DNA of 64,000 bases from the NCBI GenBank assembly GCA_036261255.1, contig DATALD010000096.1:1454-65453 (forward strand), written 5' to 3'. The notes under the pieces were generated by a model. The model was not told the origin of the DNA and ran no database searches. It worked only from the letters and a program-made list of their open reading frames with translations. The position numbers were made by a program, and so were the translations under genes. The DNA comes from Bacteroidales bacterium (GTDB taxonomy: Bacteria; Bacteroidota; Bacteroidia; Bacteroidales; VadinHA17). Shown here in pieces: positions 1-10,023 of this stretch; position 1 is the first letter of the stretch, and each line of letters starts with the position of its first letter.

Positions 1-281
1 CATTTGGTTACCTTATGACCGCAGTGCGCGAATTACAGCATGAAGGCAGAGAGGTAAGTCTTGTCAATTTCAATTATATCAATCCATTGCCTGGAAATGT
101 TAAGGATATCTTCAGAAAATTCAGGAAGATAGTTGTTTGCGAGCTTAACCTTGGGCAATTTGCAGATTATCTGCGAATGAAACACCAGGAGTTTACCTAT
201 GAGCAATGCAACAAAGTACAGGGAAGTCCTTTTACTGTAAGAGAAATTAAAGAAAAATGTGTAAAAATACTGGAGGGATGA
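1..281 (+). CDS. korA: 2-oxoacid:ferredoxin oxidoreductase alpha subunit, C-terminal fragment (5' end outside the window)
   Basis: The reading frame is open to the window edge. The C-terminal sequence (VNFNYINPLP...CELNLGQFADYLR) resembles the C-terminus of KorA/OorA-type alpha subunits. The beta subunit gene follows after 3 nt. Confidence 0.7.
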   Translation, partial: FGYLMTAVRELQHEGREVSLVNFNYINPLPGNVKDIFRKFRKIVVCELNLGQFADYLRMKHQEFTYEQCNKVQGSPFTVREIKEKCVKILEG

Positions 282-284
282 AAC

Positions 285-1304
285 ATGGCTGATGCAGTTC
301 AGAAACCTGCTCCGAAAGATTTTAAGAGCGACCAGGAGGTAAGATGGTGCCCGGGTTGCGGCGATCATTCAGTGCTTAATGCTGTTCAACGCGCCCTTGC
401 AGAACTTGATATTCCACGGGAAAAATTTGCTTTCATATCAGGGATAGGCTGTTCTTCGAGGTTTCCGTATTATATGAATACTTATGGTTTTCATAGCATA
501 CATGGACGTGCAGCCGCTATTGCAACCGGTGTGAAAACAGCAAATCCTGAACTTTCTGTATGGGAGATGACCGGTGATGGTGATGCTCTTGCAATCGGAG
601 GGAATCATTTTATTCACGCGATAAGACGCAACATTGATATTAACATTATTCTTTTCAATAATGAGATTTACGGTCTTACGAAAGGTCAGTATTCACCTAC
701 ATCACAGAGAGGTACGGTCACAAAAACATCACCCTTCGGCTCAATTGAAGAACCTTTTTCACCAGGTGAACTTGTAATTGGGGCAAGAGGCAAATTCTTT
801 GCAAGAACAATTGATGTGAATGTTCCATTGTCAACTGAAATATGTATTAAGGCTGAGAAGCATAAGGGCACCTCAGTTATTGAAATTCTTCAAAACTGTG
901 TCATTTTTAATGATGCCATTCATGAAGGGATCACTGCTAAGGAAGTGAAAGAAGAGAGAACAATTATTCTAAGACATGGTGAGAAGATGTTATTTGGTAA
1001 GAATAACGAGAAGGGACTTGTTCTTGAAGGACTTAAATTGAAGGTGGTCAATATTGGTGAAAATGGCATCACTGTTGATGATATCCTGGTGCATGATGCT
1101 CATGAGGAAAACCCCGGGATTCATTACATGCTGGCCAATATGAAGTATCCCGATTATCCTGTTGCACTTGGAATAATAAGGGCTGTACAATCAGAAACTT
1201 ACGAAAATGCAGTAGCAAACCAGATAGCAGCAGTGAAGGCTTCTTCATCGATAAGGTCAATGGATGACCTTCTAATGAGCGGAAACGTGTGGGAAGTAGA
1301 ATAA
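285..1304 (+). CDS. korB: 2-oxoglutarate/2-oxoacid:ferredoxin oxidoreductase beta subunit (TPP-binding)
   Basis: 339 aa. Carries RWCPGCGDHSVLNA, GIGCSSRFPYY and the TGDGD...GGNH TPP-binding signature typical of KorB/OorB. Confidence 0.85.
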   Translation: MADAVQKPAPKDFKSDQEVRWCPGCGDHSVLNAVQRALAELDIPREKFAFISGIGCSSRFPYYMNTYGFHSIHGRAAAIATGVKTANPELSVWEMTGDGDALAIGGNHFIHAIRRNIDINIILFNNEIYGLTKGQYSPTSQRGTVTKTSPFGSIEEPFSPGELVIGARGKFFARTIDVNVPLSTEICIKAEKHKGTSVIEILQNCVIFNDAIHEGITAKEVKEERTIILRHGEKMLFGKNNEKGLVLEGLKLKVVNIGENGITVDDILVHDAHEENPGIHYMLANMKYPDYPVALGIIRAVQSETYENAVANQIAAVKASSSIRSMDDLLMSGNVWEVE

Positions 1305-1323
1305 ATTTACTACTTTAACCCAG

Positions 1324-4300
1324 ATGATGGAAGATCAAACAAAGAGCAATATTGATTATGGCAGACTGCTCCATGAACAACAGGAGAGGCTGAAGGAGCT
1401 TGCATGCATTAATCGGACTACAGCCATTCTTAAAGAAGGCAAGCCAATTGATCAATCTCTTCACCAGATCGTTCTTCTCCTTCCCGCAGCATGGCAATAT
1501 CCCGATTATACTGTTGCCCGTATAAGGTTTATGGGCAAGGAATTTGTTACTTCAGATTTTTCTGAAACAGCATGGCGGATGAGCCAGGAATTCACAACAA
1601 TCGATGGCAATGAAGGATTAATTGAGGTTTTCTATACCAACAATTTTAAAGATGAACATGAAGGTCCTTTTCTTAAGGAGGAAAGGGATCTAATCCAGAA
1701 TATCGCCAATATAATAACTGGATATATCAATAGTTACAAAGCAAGGGATATAATCAGCCCCAGAACTGAAGATGATTCTGCCACCGAAGTATCAGAAAGA
1801 AAGCTTCTCCAGAAGTTTATTGACAGGAACAACAGGGAAAGAGACATATTCCACGATCTGATGCCATTCAGGGTAAGGGAAATTCTTCTTGTGGCAAACC
1901 TTTATGACGCATATTCGATCGAGGGCGAAGGCAGGTTCTCAGATCTTATGCTTGGTGAGTATGCCCAGATGAACCTTGCGGCCTCAGTTCCCCGCCTCAC
2001 AGGGGTGTCCGGAGAGGAAGAAACTCTTAACAAACTTAAATCACGACACTATGATCTAATAATAATTATGGTTGGTGTCGAAAAGGAAAGCCAGCTTCAA
2101 CTTTGTAAAAAGATAAAAGATCAGTATCCTTACATTCCTACATTCCTTCTTCTCAACAATGCTTATGATGTTCCGTTTGTGAAAGAGCAGAGAAAGCTGG
2201 GGGTTCGTTTCGACAATTTCTTTGTCTGGACAGGTGAATCAAATGTTTTTTTTACGATGGTGAGCCTTCTTGAAGACAAGGTCAACGCAGACAACGATAC
2301 AAGAAAGGGTCTTATAAGGATCATTATGCTTGTGGAGGATTCAGCAAAGTATTACTCAAATTATCTTCCCCTGCTTTACAGGCTCGTGATGGACCAGACA
2401 AAAAGCCTTGTTGAAGATGTATCAACAGATGAGCTGAACAAAATTCTCAAACTAAAAGCGCGTCCGAAGATTCTCCTTGCGTCAGATTATGAATCAGCGC
2501 TTGAGATCTATAAAAAGTACAGGGATAACCTGCTTTGTATAATCTCTGATATGAGATTTCCAAGGAATGGAACGAAAGATAATTTGGCCGGATATGATCT
2601 GATAAAACAGATCAAGAATGATCTGCCAAATCTCCCGGCAGTATTACAATCCTCTGATCGTGAGAATTCAAAATATGCATTTGAGCTTAAGGCAAACTTT
2701 ATAAATAAGAATTCTGAAAGCCTGTTACAGGATCTTAAATCATTCATTAACTATTACCTTGGCTTTGGTCATTTTGTTTATCGTGACAAAAAAGGAGGAC
2801 AGATAGCAGTTGCCAAATCAATGAAGGAGTTTGAGGAAATACTCCAGACAGTTCCCGAGGATTCACTTTTATATCACGCGATGAAAAACCATTTCTCTCT
2901 CTGGCTTATGTCGAGGGGAGAGGTAAAGATTGCAAGGATGATTGGACCGATGACTGTTGCTGATTTCAAAAGTATTAAGGATATGCGAGAGTTCCTTGTG
3001 GCCCTTATAAGACAGAGGCGCAGGGAATTGAACAGGGGTAAGGTCGTAAATTTCGAGGAGAATGCAATTCTTGATGATACAAATGTTGTTGGCCTTGCAA
3101 GTGGTTCTCTTGGTGGCAAGGGGCGTGGACTGGCATTTATAAATACTCTGCTCTACAGTTTTGAATTGGGCAGGCTCATACAGGGCATCAGGATAAAATC
3201 ACCTGTCACCCTTATTATTGGAACAGAAGAGTTCGATTTGTTCATGGACCGGAACCACCTTTGGGAGAAGGTTACCAAGAATCTTGAATTCAGAGAATTA
3301 CAGAAGCTATTCATTGAAGGAAGCTTAAGCTATACTCTTGAAAAGAAGCTCAGAGTTTTGACAAAACAACTTATAAAACCTCTGGCAGTCAGATCATCAA
3401 GTCTTTTTGAAGATTCAGCAACACAGCCATTTTCGGGAGTTTTCGGAACATACCTTCTTCCTAACAATCATCCTGATCAGGAAATAAGAATGAAACAGCT
3501 TACAAATGCAATTAAGCTTGTATTCTGTTCAATTTATTCGCCTGAATCAAGAAGATTCTTTGAAGCAATCAATATTAAGATTGAACTTGAAAAGATGGCA
3601 GTGGTTTTGCAGACCGTAGTTGGCAACCAGTATGAAAATGTGTTCTATCCTCATATTAGCGGTACTGCACAATCATTTAACTTTTACCCCGTTTCACATA
3701 TGACTCCTGAAGACGGTGTTGCAATTGTTGCTCTTGGACTGGGTCAGTACGTCGTTGAAGGTGAAAATGCATTCAGGTTCTCACCATCTTACCCTTCACT
3801 CGATGTTGTTTCGCAAAAAGATATCTATAAATACAGTCAGGTAAAGTTTTATGCAGTTGACCTGTCAAAAAATCAACCAGATCTTTTGCAAGGTGAGAAC
3901 GCAGGTCTTGCAATGCTTGATATTGCTGTTGCAGAACATCATGGGACTTTAAACCACTGTGCTTCTGTCCTTAGTCCTGATAATGATATGATTACACCTG
4001 GCCTCGATAAGCCTGGCCCAAGGATCGTTAATTTTGCCAACATCCTTAAATATGAATATATCCCGCTCGCATCAACAGTTAAACTTATTCTCGAGATTGT
4101 CGAAGAAGCTATAGGGACCCCGGTAGAAATTGAATTTGCCGTCGACCTTACAAAGGATGATGCTGGTAATGCTTCATTTTATCTTCTGCAGATTAAGCCT
4201 CTTGTGGGTAGCGGAGCAGGTTATTCTATTGATCCCGGAGAAATAAACAAGGATGATCTCATTATGCTCACCAAAAAGAGTATGGGGAATGGGATCATTG

Positions 4301-4764
4301 ATAATCTTACTGACATAATCTTTGCAGAGCCTGAAAAATTCAGCGCGAAAAACTCAAATGCTATGGCCAGCGAGATCAGCAAAATGAACGAGAAGATGGT
4401 TAAGGAAAAACGAAAATACATTCTCATCGGCCCCGGTCGCTGGGGCACCAGAGACCATCTGCTTGGGATACCTGTCGTCTGGTCGCAGATAACAAATGCC
4501 AAAATAATTGTTGAGGTCAATATCCATGGAAAATTCCTTGATGCCTCATTGGGATCACACTTCTTTCATAATGTGACATCAATGAACGTAGGATATTTTT
4601 CAGTTAATCAGGGTGTTGATGGTGGCTTTATTAAGTGGGAGAAACTTTGTTCAGTTGAACCTGTTGAAAAAGGGGAATACTTTACTCACATAAGACTAGA
4701 TAATCCTGTAAATGTCAGGATGGATGGTAAAAAAAGTATTGCCTATATCTCAGGTAGAATCTAA
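1324..4764 (+). CDS. Multidomain signalling-type protein: N-terminal sensor-like domain, two receiver-like domains, PEP/pyruvate-binding (PPDK_N ATP-grasp) domain, and a conserved C-terminal domain of unknown function
   Basis: 1146 aa. GSLGGKGRGLAF and LAVRSSSLFEDSATQPFSGVFGTY match the nucleotide-binding domain of PEP synthase/PPDK/rifampin phosphotransferase. The receiver-like segment is IIMLVEDS...LLCIISDMRFP...AVLQSSD...FINK. I see no TSHAA-type swivel-His motif. It starts 19 nt after korB. Confidence 0.6.
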   Translation: MMEDQTKSNIDYGRLLHEQQERLKELACINRTTAILKEGKPIDQSLHQIVLLLPAAWQYPDYTVARIRFMGKEFVTSDFSETAWRMSQEFTTIDGNEGLIEVFYTNNFKDEHEGPFLKEERDLIQNIANIITGYINSYKARDIISPRTEDDSATEVSERKLLQKFIDRNNRERDIFHDLMPFRVREILLVANLYDAYSIEGEGRFSDLMLGEYAQMNLAASVPRLTGVSGEEETLNKLKSRHYDLIIIMVGVEKESQLQLCKKIKDQYPYIPTFLLLNNAYDVPFVKEQRKLGVRFDNFFVWTGESNVFFTMVSLLEDKVNADNDTRKGLIRIIMLVEDSAKYYSNYLPLLYRLVMDQTKSLVEDVSTDELNKILKLKARPKILLASDYESALEIYKKYRDNLLCIISDMRFPRNGTKDNLAGYDLIKQIKNDLPNLPAVLQSSDRENSKYAFELKANFINKNSESLLQDLKSFINYYLGFGHFVYRDKKGGQIAVAKSMKEFEEILQTVPEDSLLYHAMKNHFSLWLMSRGEVKIARMIGPMTVADFKSIKDMREFLVALIRQRRRELNRGKVVNFEENAILDDTNVVGLASGSLGGKGRGLAFINTLLYSFELGRLIQGIRIKSPVTLIIGTEEFDLFMDRNHLWEKVTKNLEFRELQKLFIEGSLSYTLEKKLRVLTKQLIKPLAVRSSSLFEDSATQPFSGVFGTYLLPNNHPDQEIRMKQLTNAIKLVFCSIYSPESRRFFEAINIKIELEKMAVVLQTVVGNQYENVFYPHISGTAQSFNFYPVSHMTPEDGVAIVALGLGQYVVEGENAFRFSPSYPSLDVVSQKDIYKYSQVKFYAVDLSKNQPDLLQGENAGLAMLDIAVAEHHGTLNHCASVLSPDNDMITPGLDKPGPRIVNFANILKYEYIPLASTVKLILEIVEEAIGTPVEIEFAVDLTKDDAGNASFYLLQIKPLVGSGAGYSIDPGEINKDDLIMLTKKSMGNGIIDNLTDIIFAEPEKFSAKNSNAMASEISKMNEKMVKEKRKYILIGPGRWGTRDHLLGIPVVWSQITNAKIIVEVNIHGKFLDASLGSHFFHNVTSMNVGYFSVNQGVDGGFIKWEKLCSVEPVEKGEYFTHIRLDNPVNVRMDGKKSIAYISGRI

Positions 4765-4774
4765 AAAGTGTTGT

Positions 4775-7747
4775 ATGACTATCATTGAAGGAGTACCAGA
4801 TCTGCAGAAATACGATTTTACAGATACTTCATTCGATCTACTGATGCAGAAACGAATACACAGGGTATTGATAATATGCAGCAACTATGATAATTACATG
4901 CTTGAAGAGGATGGAAGGATTGATGAACAGATATTCAATGAGTATGCTTCTTTGAACCTGAGAGATCCGCCATCGTTTGTTCAGACCGATAATGCGGAAG
5001 ATGCATTCAATATCCTCAGTGAAGGGAATGTCGATCTTGTTATTTCGATGCTTAGTCTGAAAGGCACTGATGTATTTGGCCTGGCAAAGAGAATAAAATC
5101 AAAATATGCGGATATCCCGATAGTTGTTTTGACATATTTTTCAAGGGAAGTATCAATGCGCCTTGAAGGAGAGGATCTTAGTGCAATTGACTATGTTTTT
5201 TGCTGGCTCGGTGATGCATCCCTTATACTGGCAATAATTAAACTGCTTGAGGATAAGATGAATGCCGATTACGACATTGAACATATTGGCGTTCAGGCCA
5301 TAATTCTTATTGAAAATTCAATTCGTTATATCTCTGTCTATCTCCCAAACATATACAGGATCATACTTCTTCAATCGATAGATTTTCAGCGTGAAGCGCT
5401 CAATGAACACCAACGAATGCTTATAATGAGGGGAAGACCAAAAATTCTTCTCGCAAACAATTTTGACGATGCCCTGGCCCTTTATAAAAAATATAAATAC
5501 AACGTTCTTGGTATTATATCAGATATCAGCTATAAAAGAAATAACCAGCAGGATGAAAATGCAGGAATAGAACTCTGTAAGGTTGTAATGGCCGATGATG
5601 ATAACGTTCCTTTCCTTTTGCAGTCATCGAATGAATTGCACAGGAAATCGGCTGAAGAAATGGGAGCAGGTTTTATTTTCAAATATTCAAAATCACTTTC
5701 ACTCGAATTAAGAAACTTCGTTATACAGAACCTTGCTTTTGGTCCGTTTGTGTTCAGGAACCCCGACACGCTAGAGCCAATAGCTATTGCAACTGACCTT
5801 CAGAGTCTTCAACAGAAACTACTTACAATACCTGATAATACTATTGAATACCATGCTCATAGAAATCATTTCTCAAAATGGCTTAATGCAAGAGCATTGT
5901 TCCCTGTTGCCCAGATGTTCAAATACATCCGGAAAGAGGATTTTGAGACAATGGATGAGATGCGGAGGTTCCTTTATGTGGCTATCTCAAGTTTCCGTTT
6001 CGGGAAGGGGCGCGGCATAATTGCAAAATTCGACAAGACAAGTTTTGATGAATACCAGACATTCTCAAGAATTGGTGATGGTTCAATCGGAGGTAAAGCA
6101 AGGGGCCTGGCTTTTATAAACAGGATAATAAAGAATAATAAGCTTTTTAATAAGTTTCCGGATGTTCTAATTACAATACCAAGAACAGTTGTTCTGAGTA
6201 CAGACATCTTCGATGAGTTTATGGAAAATAATAACCTGTACGCGGTAGCTTTGTCTGATCGCTCCGATGAAGAAATACTTAACAGGTTCCTTAATGCCGA
6301 ACTCCCCAGCCATGTTTACCAGGATTTCTATGCATTCCTTGCTGTTTCAAGAAATGTGCCTCTTGCAGTAAGATCGTCAAGTAAACTTGAAGACTCTCAT
6401 TACCAGCCATTTGCTGGTGTTTATTCAACATACATGATCCCCAGGGTTACTGATAATAAACTAATGGTAAAGTTATTATCAGATGCCATCAAAGAAGTTT
6501 ACGCCTCTGTCTATTATAAAGCAAGTAAAGCATATATGACAGCTACCTCGAATGTTATTGACGAGGAAAAGATGGGGATTATTCTCCAGGAGGTATGCGG
6601 GAACAAACATGGGGAGATATTCTATCCGACTCTCTCAGGGGTTGCACGTTCCATAAATTACTATCCGATAGGCTCAGAAAAAGCCGAGGATGGCATTGTG
6701 AACCTGGCGTTCGGTCTCGGAAAATTGATTGTAGAGGGTGGCCAGGCTTTGAGATTTTCACCAAAATTCCCCAAAAAGATACTTCAGCTTTCATCACCTG
6801 AAACTGCTCTTAGAGACACGCAGAAGGTTTTCCGTGCTCTTGACCTCAATCTAAGCAGCTTCGTGCCATCGACCGATGATGGAGTAAATATTCTGAGGGT
6901 AGATCTAAAAGATCTTAGGAACGATGCAGCTCTACGGTATGTTGCTTCAACTTATGACAGAACCAACAATATGCTTCGCGATGGTATAATACACCCTGGT
7001 CCAAGGGTTATAACTTTCGCTAACATTCTTCAGCATAAGACCTTTCCGCTTGCCGACATCCTAAATACATTGCTTGAGATAGGCCAGAAGGAGATGAATA
7101 ATCCCATTGAGGTAGAGTTTGCCGCAAATCTCGAAACACCGGCAGGCAGTCCAAGGATCTTTAATTTTTTACAACTAAGACCAATTGTACACACTGAAGA
7201 GACACAGAGCATTAACCTGCAACACATTAAAAAAGAAGATACTATAATATACTCTGAATCAGCATTGGGAAATGGTATATTCAAAGGAATAACAGACATA
7301 GTCTATGTAAAGCCTGATAGTTTCAATCCGGCAAACAACAAGATACTGGCTGTTGAAATAGAAAATCTTAACTCAGAATTTTCCAAAAGCGGAAAGGGTT
7401 ATGTACTTATAGGGCCGGGTAGATGGGGCTCAACAGACCCATGGTTAGGTATTCCTGTAAAGTGGCACCAAATATCAGCTGTTAGAATAATTATCGAATC
7501 GGGTTTAAAAAATTACAGGATAGATCCAAGCCAGGGAACGCATTTTTTCCAGAATCTTACATCATTCAGGGTCGGCTACTTCACAATTAATCCTTTCATA
7601 AATGAAGGATATTATGATGTTGAGTACCTCAATAATCTCCAACCTGTTTTTGAAAATAACCGGATAAGGCATGTTCGCATGAAGGAATCACTTGAGATTA
7701 TGATCGACGGACGTAATCACAAAGGTGTTATTATGAAGATGTTGTAA
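4775..7747 (+). CDS. Paralog of the preceding gene: receiver-like domains plus PEP/pyruvate-binding (PPDK_N) domain and the same C-terminal domain, without the N-terminal sensor domain
   Basis: The track ORF 4712..7747 overlaps the upstream gene. The first non-overlapping ATG is at 4775 (MTIIEGV). Shared motifs: GSIGGKARGLAF, LAVRSSSKLEDSHYQPFAGVYSTY, LIGPGRWGSTDPWLGIPVKW, GTHFFQNLTSFRVGYF. Confidence 0.6.
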   Translation: MTIIEGVPDLQKYDFTDTSFDLLMQKRIHRVLIICSNYDNYMLEEDGRIDEQIFNEYASLNLRDPPSFVQTDNAEDAFNILSEGNVDLVISMLSLKGTDVFGLAKRIKSKYADIPIVVLTYFSREVSMRLEGEDLSAIDYVFCWLGDASLILAIIKLLEDKMNADYDIEHIGVQAIILIENSIRYISVYLPNIYRIILLQSIDFQREALNEHQRMLIMRGRPKILLANNFDDALALYKKYKYNVLGIISDISYKRNNQQDENAGIELCKVVMADDDNVPFLLQSSNELHRKSAEEMGAGFIFKYSKSLSLELRNFVIQNLAFGPFVFRNPDTLEPIAIATDLQSLQQKLLTIPDNTIEYHAHRNHFSKWLNARALFPVAQMFKYIRKEDFETMDEMRRFLYVAISSFRFGKGRGIIAKFDKTSFDEYQTFSRIGDGSIGGKARGLAFINRIIKNNKLFNKFPDVLITIPRTVVLSTDIFDEFMENNNLYAVALSDRSDEEILNRFLNAELPSHVYQDFYAFLAVSRNVPLAVRSSSKLEDSHYQPFAGVYSTYMIPRVTDNKLMVKLLSDAIKEVYASVYYKASKAYMTATSNVIDEEKMGIILQEVCGNKHGEIFYPTLSGVARSINYYPIGSEKAEDGIVNLAFGLGKLIVEGGQALRFSPKFPKKILQLSSPETALRDTQKVFRALDLNLSSFVPSTDDGVNILRVDLKDLRNDAALRYVASTYDRTNNMLRDGIIHPGPRVITFANILQHKTFPLADILNTLLEIGQKEMNNPIEVEFAANLETPAGSPRIFNFLQLRPIVHTEETQSINLQHIKKEDTIIYSESALGNGIFKGITDIVYVKPDSFNPANNKILAVEIENLNSEFSKSGKGYVLIGPGRWGSTDPWLGIPVKWHQISAVRIIIESGLKNYRIDPSQGTHFFQNLTSFRVGYFTINPFINEGYYDVEYLNNLQPVFENNRIRHVRMKESLEIMIDGRNHKGVIMKML

Positions 7748-7871
7748 GGTTGTATGGGTTGTAAAAATTGAAGGTTGTAGGTTGTAAAGGTTGTAAAGAT
7801 TGCCTTGCTCCTTCAAACTACATTACCTACAATTTTCAAATTTTCAAATTCAAAAATCAAATTTTCAAATT
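7741..7871. repeat. Intergenic word-repeat tract: GGTTGTA x5-6, then TTTTCAAA(T) x3-4, with a partly inverted segment between them
   Basis: GGTTGTA read directly at 7748, 7758, 7773, 7780 and 7789, plus GTTGTAA at 7741. CCTACAA at about 7826 is the reverse complement of TTGTAGG. TTTTCAAA at 7833, 7841 and 7863. The tract lies between convergent genes. Confidence 0.8.
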
Positions 7872-8749
7872 AAACTTGCTGCTTCAGCTGGTATATCTTT
7901 GTTGACCTTCCTGATAAGCCCTGACAAAACGCACCCGGGGCCGACTTCGGTGAATGACGATGCGCCGTCAGCGATCATATTGATGACTGTCTGTGTCCAG
8001 CGTACCGGTGACGTAAGCTGAAGGACAAGATTAGCCTTGATTGTATCCGGATCTGTTGAAGGTTTAGCATTTACGTTCTGGTAAATTGGGCAAATTGGTT
8101 TTTTGAAGCTAGTATTTTTTATTGCTTCCTCAAGCTCAAGCCTAGCAGGTTCCATAAGTGGCGAATGAAAAGCGCCTCCAACAGCAAGTTTGAGAGCCCT
8201 TTTTGCACCTTTTGCTTTTAATAATTCAATTGCCCTGTCAATACCTTCGTTTGAGCCTGATATTACTAGCTGGCCTGGACTATTATAATTAGCAGCCACA
8301 ACAGTCTCGGAAATTGAATCACAGACCTCTTCAACGATTTTATCATCGAGACCGAGGATTGCAGCCATAGCAGATGGTGTTTTTTCGCATGCTTTCTGCA
8401 TCGCTGAAGCCCTTCTTGAAACGAGCAGCAGGCCGTCCTCGAATGAGAGAGCTTTTCCTGCAACGAGTGCAGAAAACTCACCAAGCGAGTGACCCGCAAC
8501 CATTGCCGGCTTGAAAGAATCACCAAGTACTGCTGCCAGTATTGTTGAATGAAGGAAAATACCAGGCTGGGTTACCCTTGTTTGTTTCAGATCTTCGTCT
8601 GTCCCAGAGAACATGATTTCAGTAATGCTGAATCCAAGTATCGAATTTGCTTTATTGAACATCTGTGCAGCATGATTTGACTTCTCATATAAATCTTTTC
8701 CCATGCCACTGTATTGGGCTCCCTGTCCGGGAAAAACATAAGCTTTCAT
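7865..8749 (-). CDS. fabD: Malonyl-CoA:ACP transacylase
   Basis: 294 aa. FPGQGAQYSGMG, the GHSLGEFSAL active-site motif, and the typical length. Confidence 0.9.
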   Translation of the reverse strand: MKAYVFPGQGAQYSGMGKDLYEKSNHAAQMFNKANSILGFSITEIMFSGTDEDLKQTRVTQPGIFLHSTILAAVLGDSFKPAMVAGHSLGEFSALVAGKALSFEDGLLLVSRRASAMQKACEKTPSAMAAILGLDDKIVEEVCDSISETVVAANYNSPGQLVISGSNEGIDRAIELLKAKGAKRALKLAVGGAFHSPLMEPARLELEEAIKNTSFKKPICPIYQNVNAKPSTDPDTIKANLVLQLTSPVRWTQTVINMIADGASSFTEVGPGCVLSGLIRKVNKDIPAEAASLI

Positions 8750-8859
8750 TGAAGAGGTATTTATTTGTAATTTTTATGGGTGTCAAAAATATAAAATTCC
8801 GTTAATCACGCAAGCTCAAGCAGCGAAAACGTAAAACAGGAAAGAAATTTATGAGTTAA

Positions 8860-9528
8860 TCAATGAAGCTTAACACCAATCAGATGAATAAACTCCTCAC
8901 GGGTATTCAGTTGTTCGAGAAAGACACCAGTGAAGGCAGATGTTGTTGTTACAGAGTTTTGTTTTTGTACTCCCCTGATTTGCATGCACATGTGCTGGGC
9001 TTCAATAACAACAGCCACCCCTTCAGGTTGTAGCGTACTATGGATACAATCTCTAATCTGCGTAGTTAATCTTTCCTGAACCTGGAGCCTTCTTGAGAAC
9101 GCTTCGACAACCCTTGCTATTTTGCTTAGCCCTGTTATATAACCGTTCGGGATATAGGCAACATGAGCTTTCCCGAAGAATGGAAGCATGTGGTGCTCGC
9201 ACATAGAGTATATGTCAATATCTTTAACAAGAACCATCTGTTTGTATTCTTCCCTGAACATTGCCGATCTGAGTATCTGTTCAGCATTCATGTTGTAGCC
9301 ATTAGTAAGAAAATGCATCGCTTTAGCAACTCTTTGAGGTGTTTTCAACAAGCCTTCTCTTGAGGGATCTTCACCAAGAAGTTCAAGCACTCTGTGGTAT
9401 ATGTCAGACAGTTCATGAATGTTTTCAGCATTCCATGATTCAATTTTATTATAACCATTGGTTATCGGTCCGGAACCATCATTTACTTTTTCGATTCTTT
9501 TTTCTTCGTTTTCGATCTTTTTAGCCAT
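8860..9528 (-). CDS. folE: GTP cyclohydrolase I
   Basis: [30 protein letters not shown] and RLQVQERLT motifs. I take the start at the internal ATG (MAKKIENEE), which overlaps the queD stop by 8 nt (ATGGCTAA). Confidence 0.88.
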   Translation of the reverse strand: MAKKIENEEKRIEKVNDGSGPITNGYNKIESWNAENIHELSDIYHRVLELLGEDPSREGLLKTPQRVAKAMHFLTNGYNMNAEQILRSAMFREEYKQMVLVKDIDIYSMCEHHMLPFFGKAHVAYIPNGYITGLSKIARVVEAFSRRLQVQERLTTQIRDCIHSTLQPEGVAVVIEAQHMCMQIRGVQKQNSVTTTSAFTGVFLEQLNTREEFIHLIGVKLH

Positions 9529-9937
9529 AGTACTCAATAGAATTATTTTCAGTTTCTTCAATCTTAACACAATGCAGGCGTGCGCCAAGTTGTTCGATAT
9601 CAGGTTTGAGCTCCTTCCAGATAGCTACCGCAAGATTTTCTGTTGTTGCAATTTTGTCTTTCATGAAATCAACCTCGGTATTAATGTTTTTATGATCGAG
9701 CTTTGATATTATTTTGTCATTAAGAACTTGCTTTAAGATGTTGATATTCATCACAAAACCATGTTCAGCAGATGGTTCGCCTTTTATTGTTACCCATAAT
9801 TCATAATTGTGTCCATGCCAGTTAGGATTGGAACACTTTCCAAAGACCTCCATATTTGCTTCATCGCTCCAGTCAGGACGGTACATTCTGTGGGCAGCAG
9901 AAAATCTTTCTCTTCGGGTCAGATAAATCATCGGCAT
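9521..9937 (-). CDS. queD: 6-carboxytetrahydropterin / 6-pyruvoyl-tetrahydropterin synthase family
   Basis: 138 aa. FSAAHRM...[15 protein letters not shown] is typical of the PTPS/QueD family. Translationally coupled to folE. Confidence 0.8.
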   Translation of the reverse strand: MPMIYLTRRERFSAAHRMYRPDWSDEANMEVFGKCSNPNWHGHNYELWVTIKGEPSAEHGFVMNINILKQVLNDKIISKLDHKNINTEVDFMKDKIATTENLAVAIWKELKPDIEQLGARLHCVKIEETENNSIEYYG

Positions 9938-10023
9938 ATACGTTTATTATTACAATATTATACAATAATTTTGTTTTCATTATTCGCATACATATATTTA
10001 ATTTAAGTTTTTTCTTCCCAAAA

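Noticed and set aside
4712-4774. Upstream extension of the second REC-PPDK_N gene overlapping the first by 53 nt
   Set aside because: The first in-frame ATG after the upstream stop (4775) gives a 10-nt intergenic gap, and the extension has no paralog counterpart. I cannot exclude the longer form.
1324-7747. Calling the two large proteins phosphoenolpyruvate synthase or PPDK
   Set aside because: Only the N-terminal nucleotide-binding (PPDK_N) domain motifs are visible. No swivel-His (TSHAA-like) motif or PEP-utilizer C-terminal domain can be seen. An enzymatic name would be over-annotation.
9856-10023. N-terminal 56-codon extension of the mqnB ORF
   Set aside because: The extension overlaps the 5' end of queD on the opposite strand and its AT-rich promoter region. 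Homolog-like sequence begins at MLMRILYITATD (ATG 10024).
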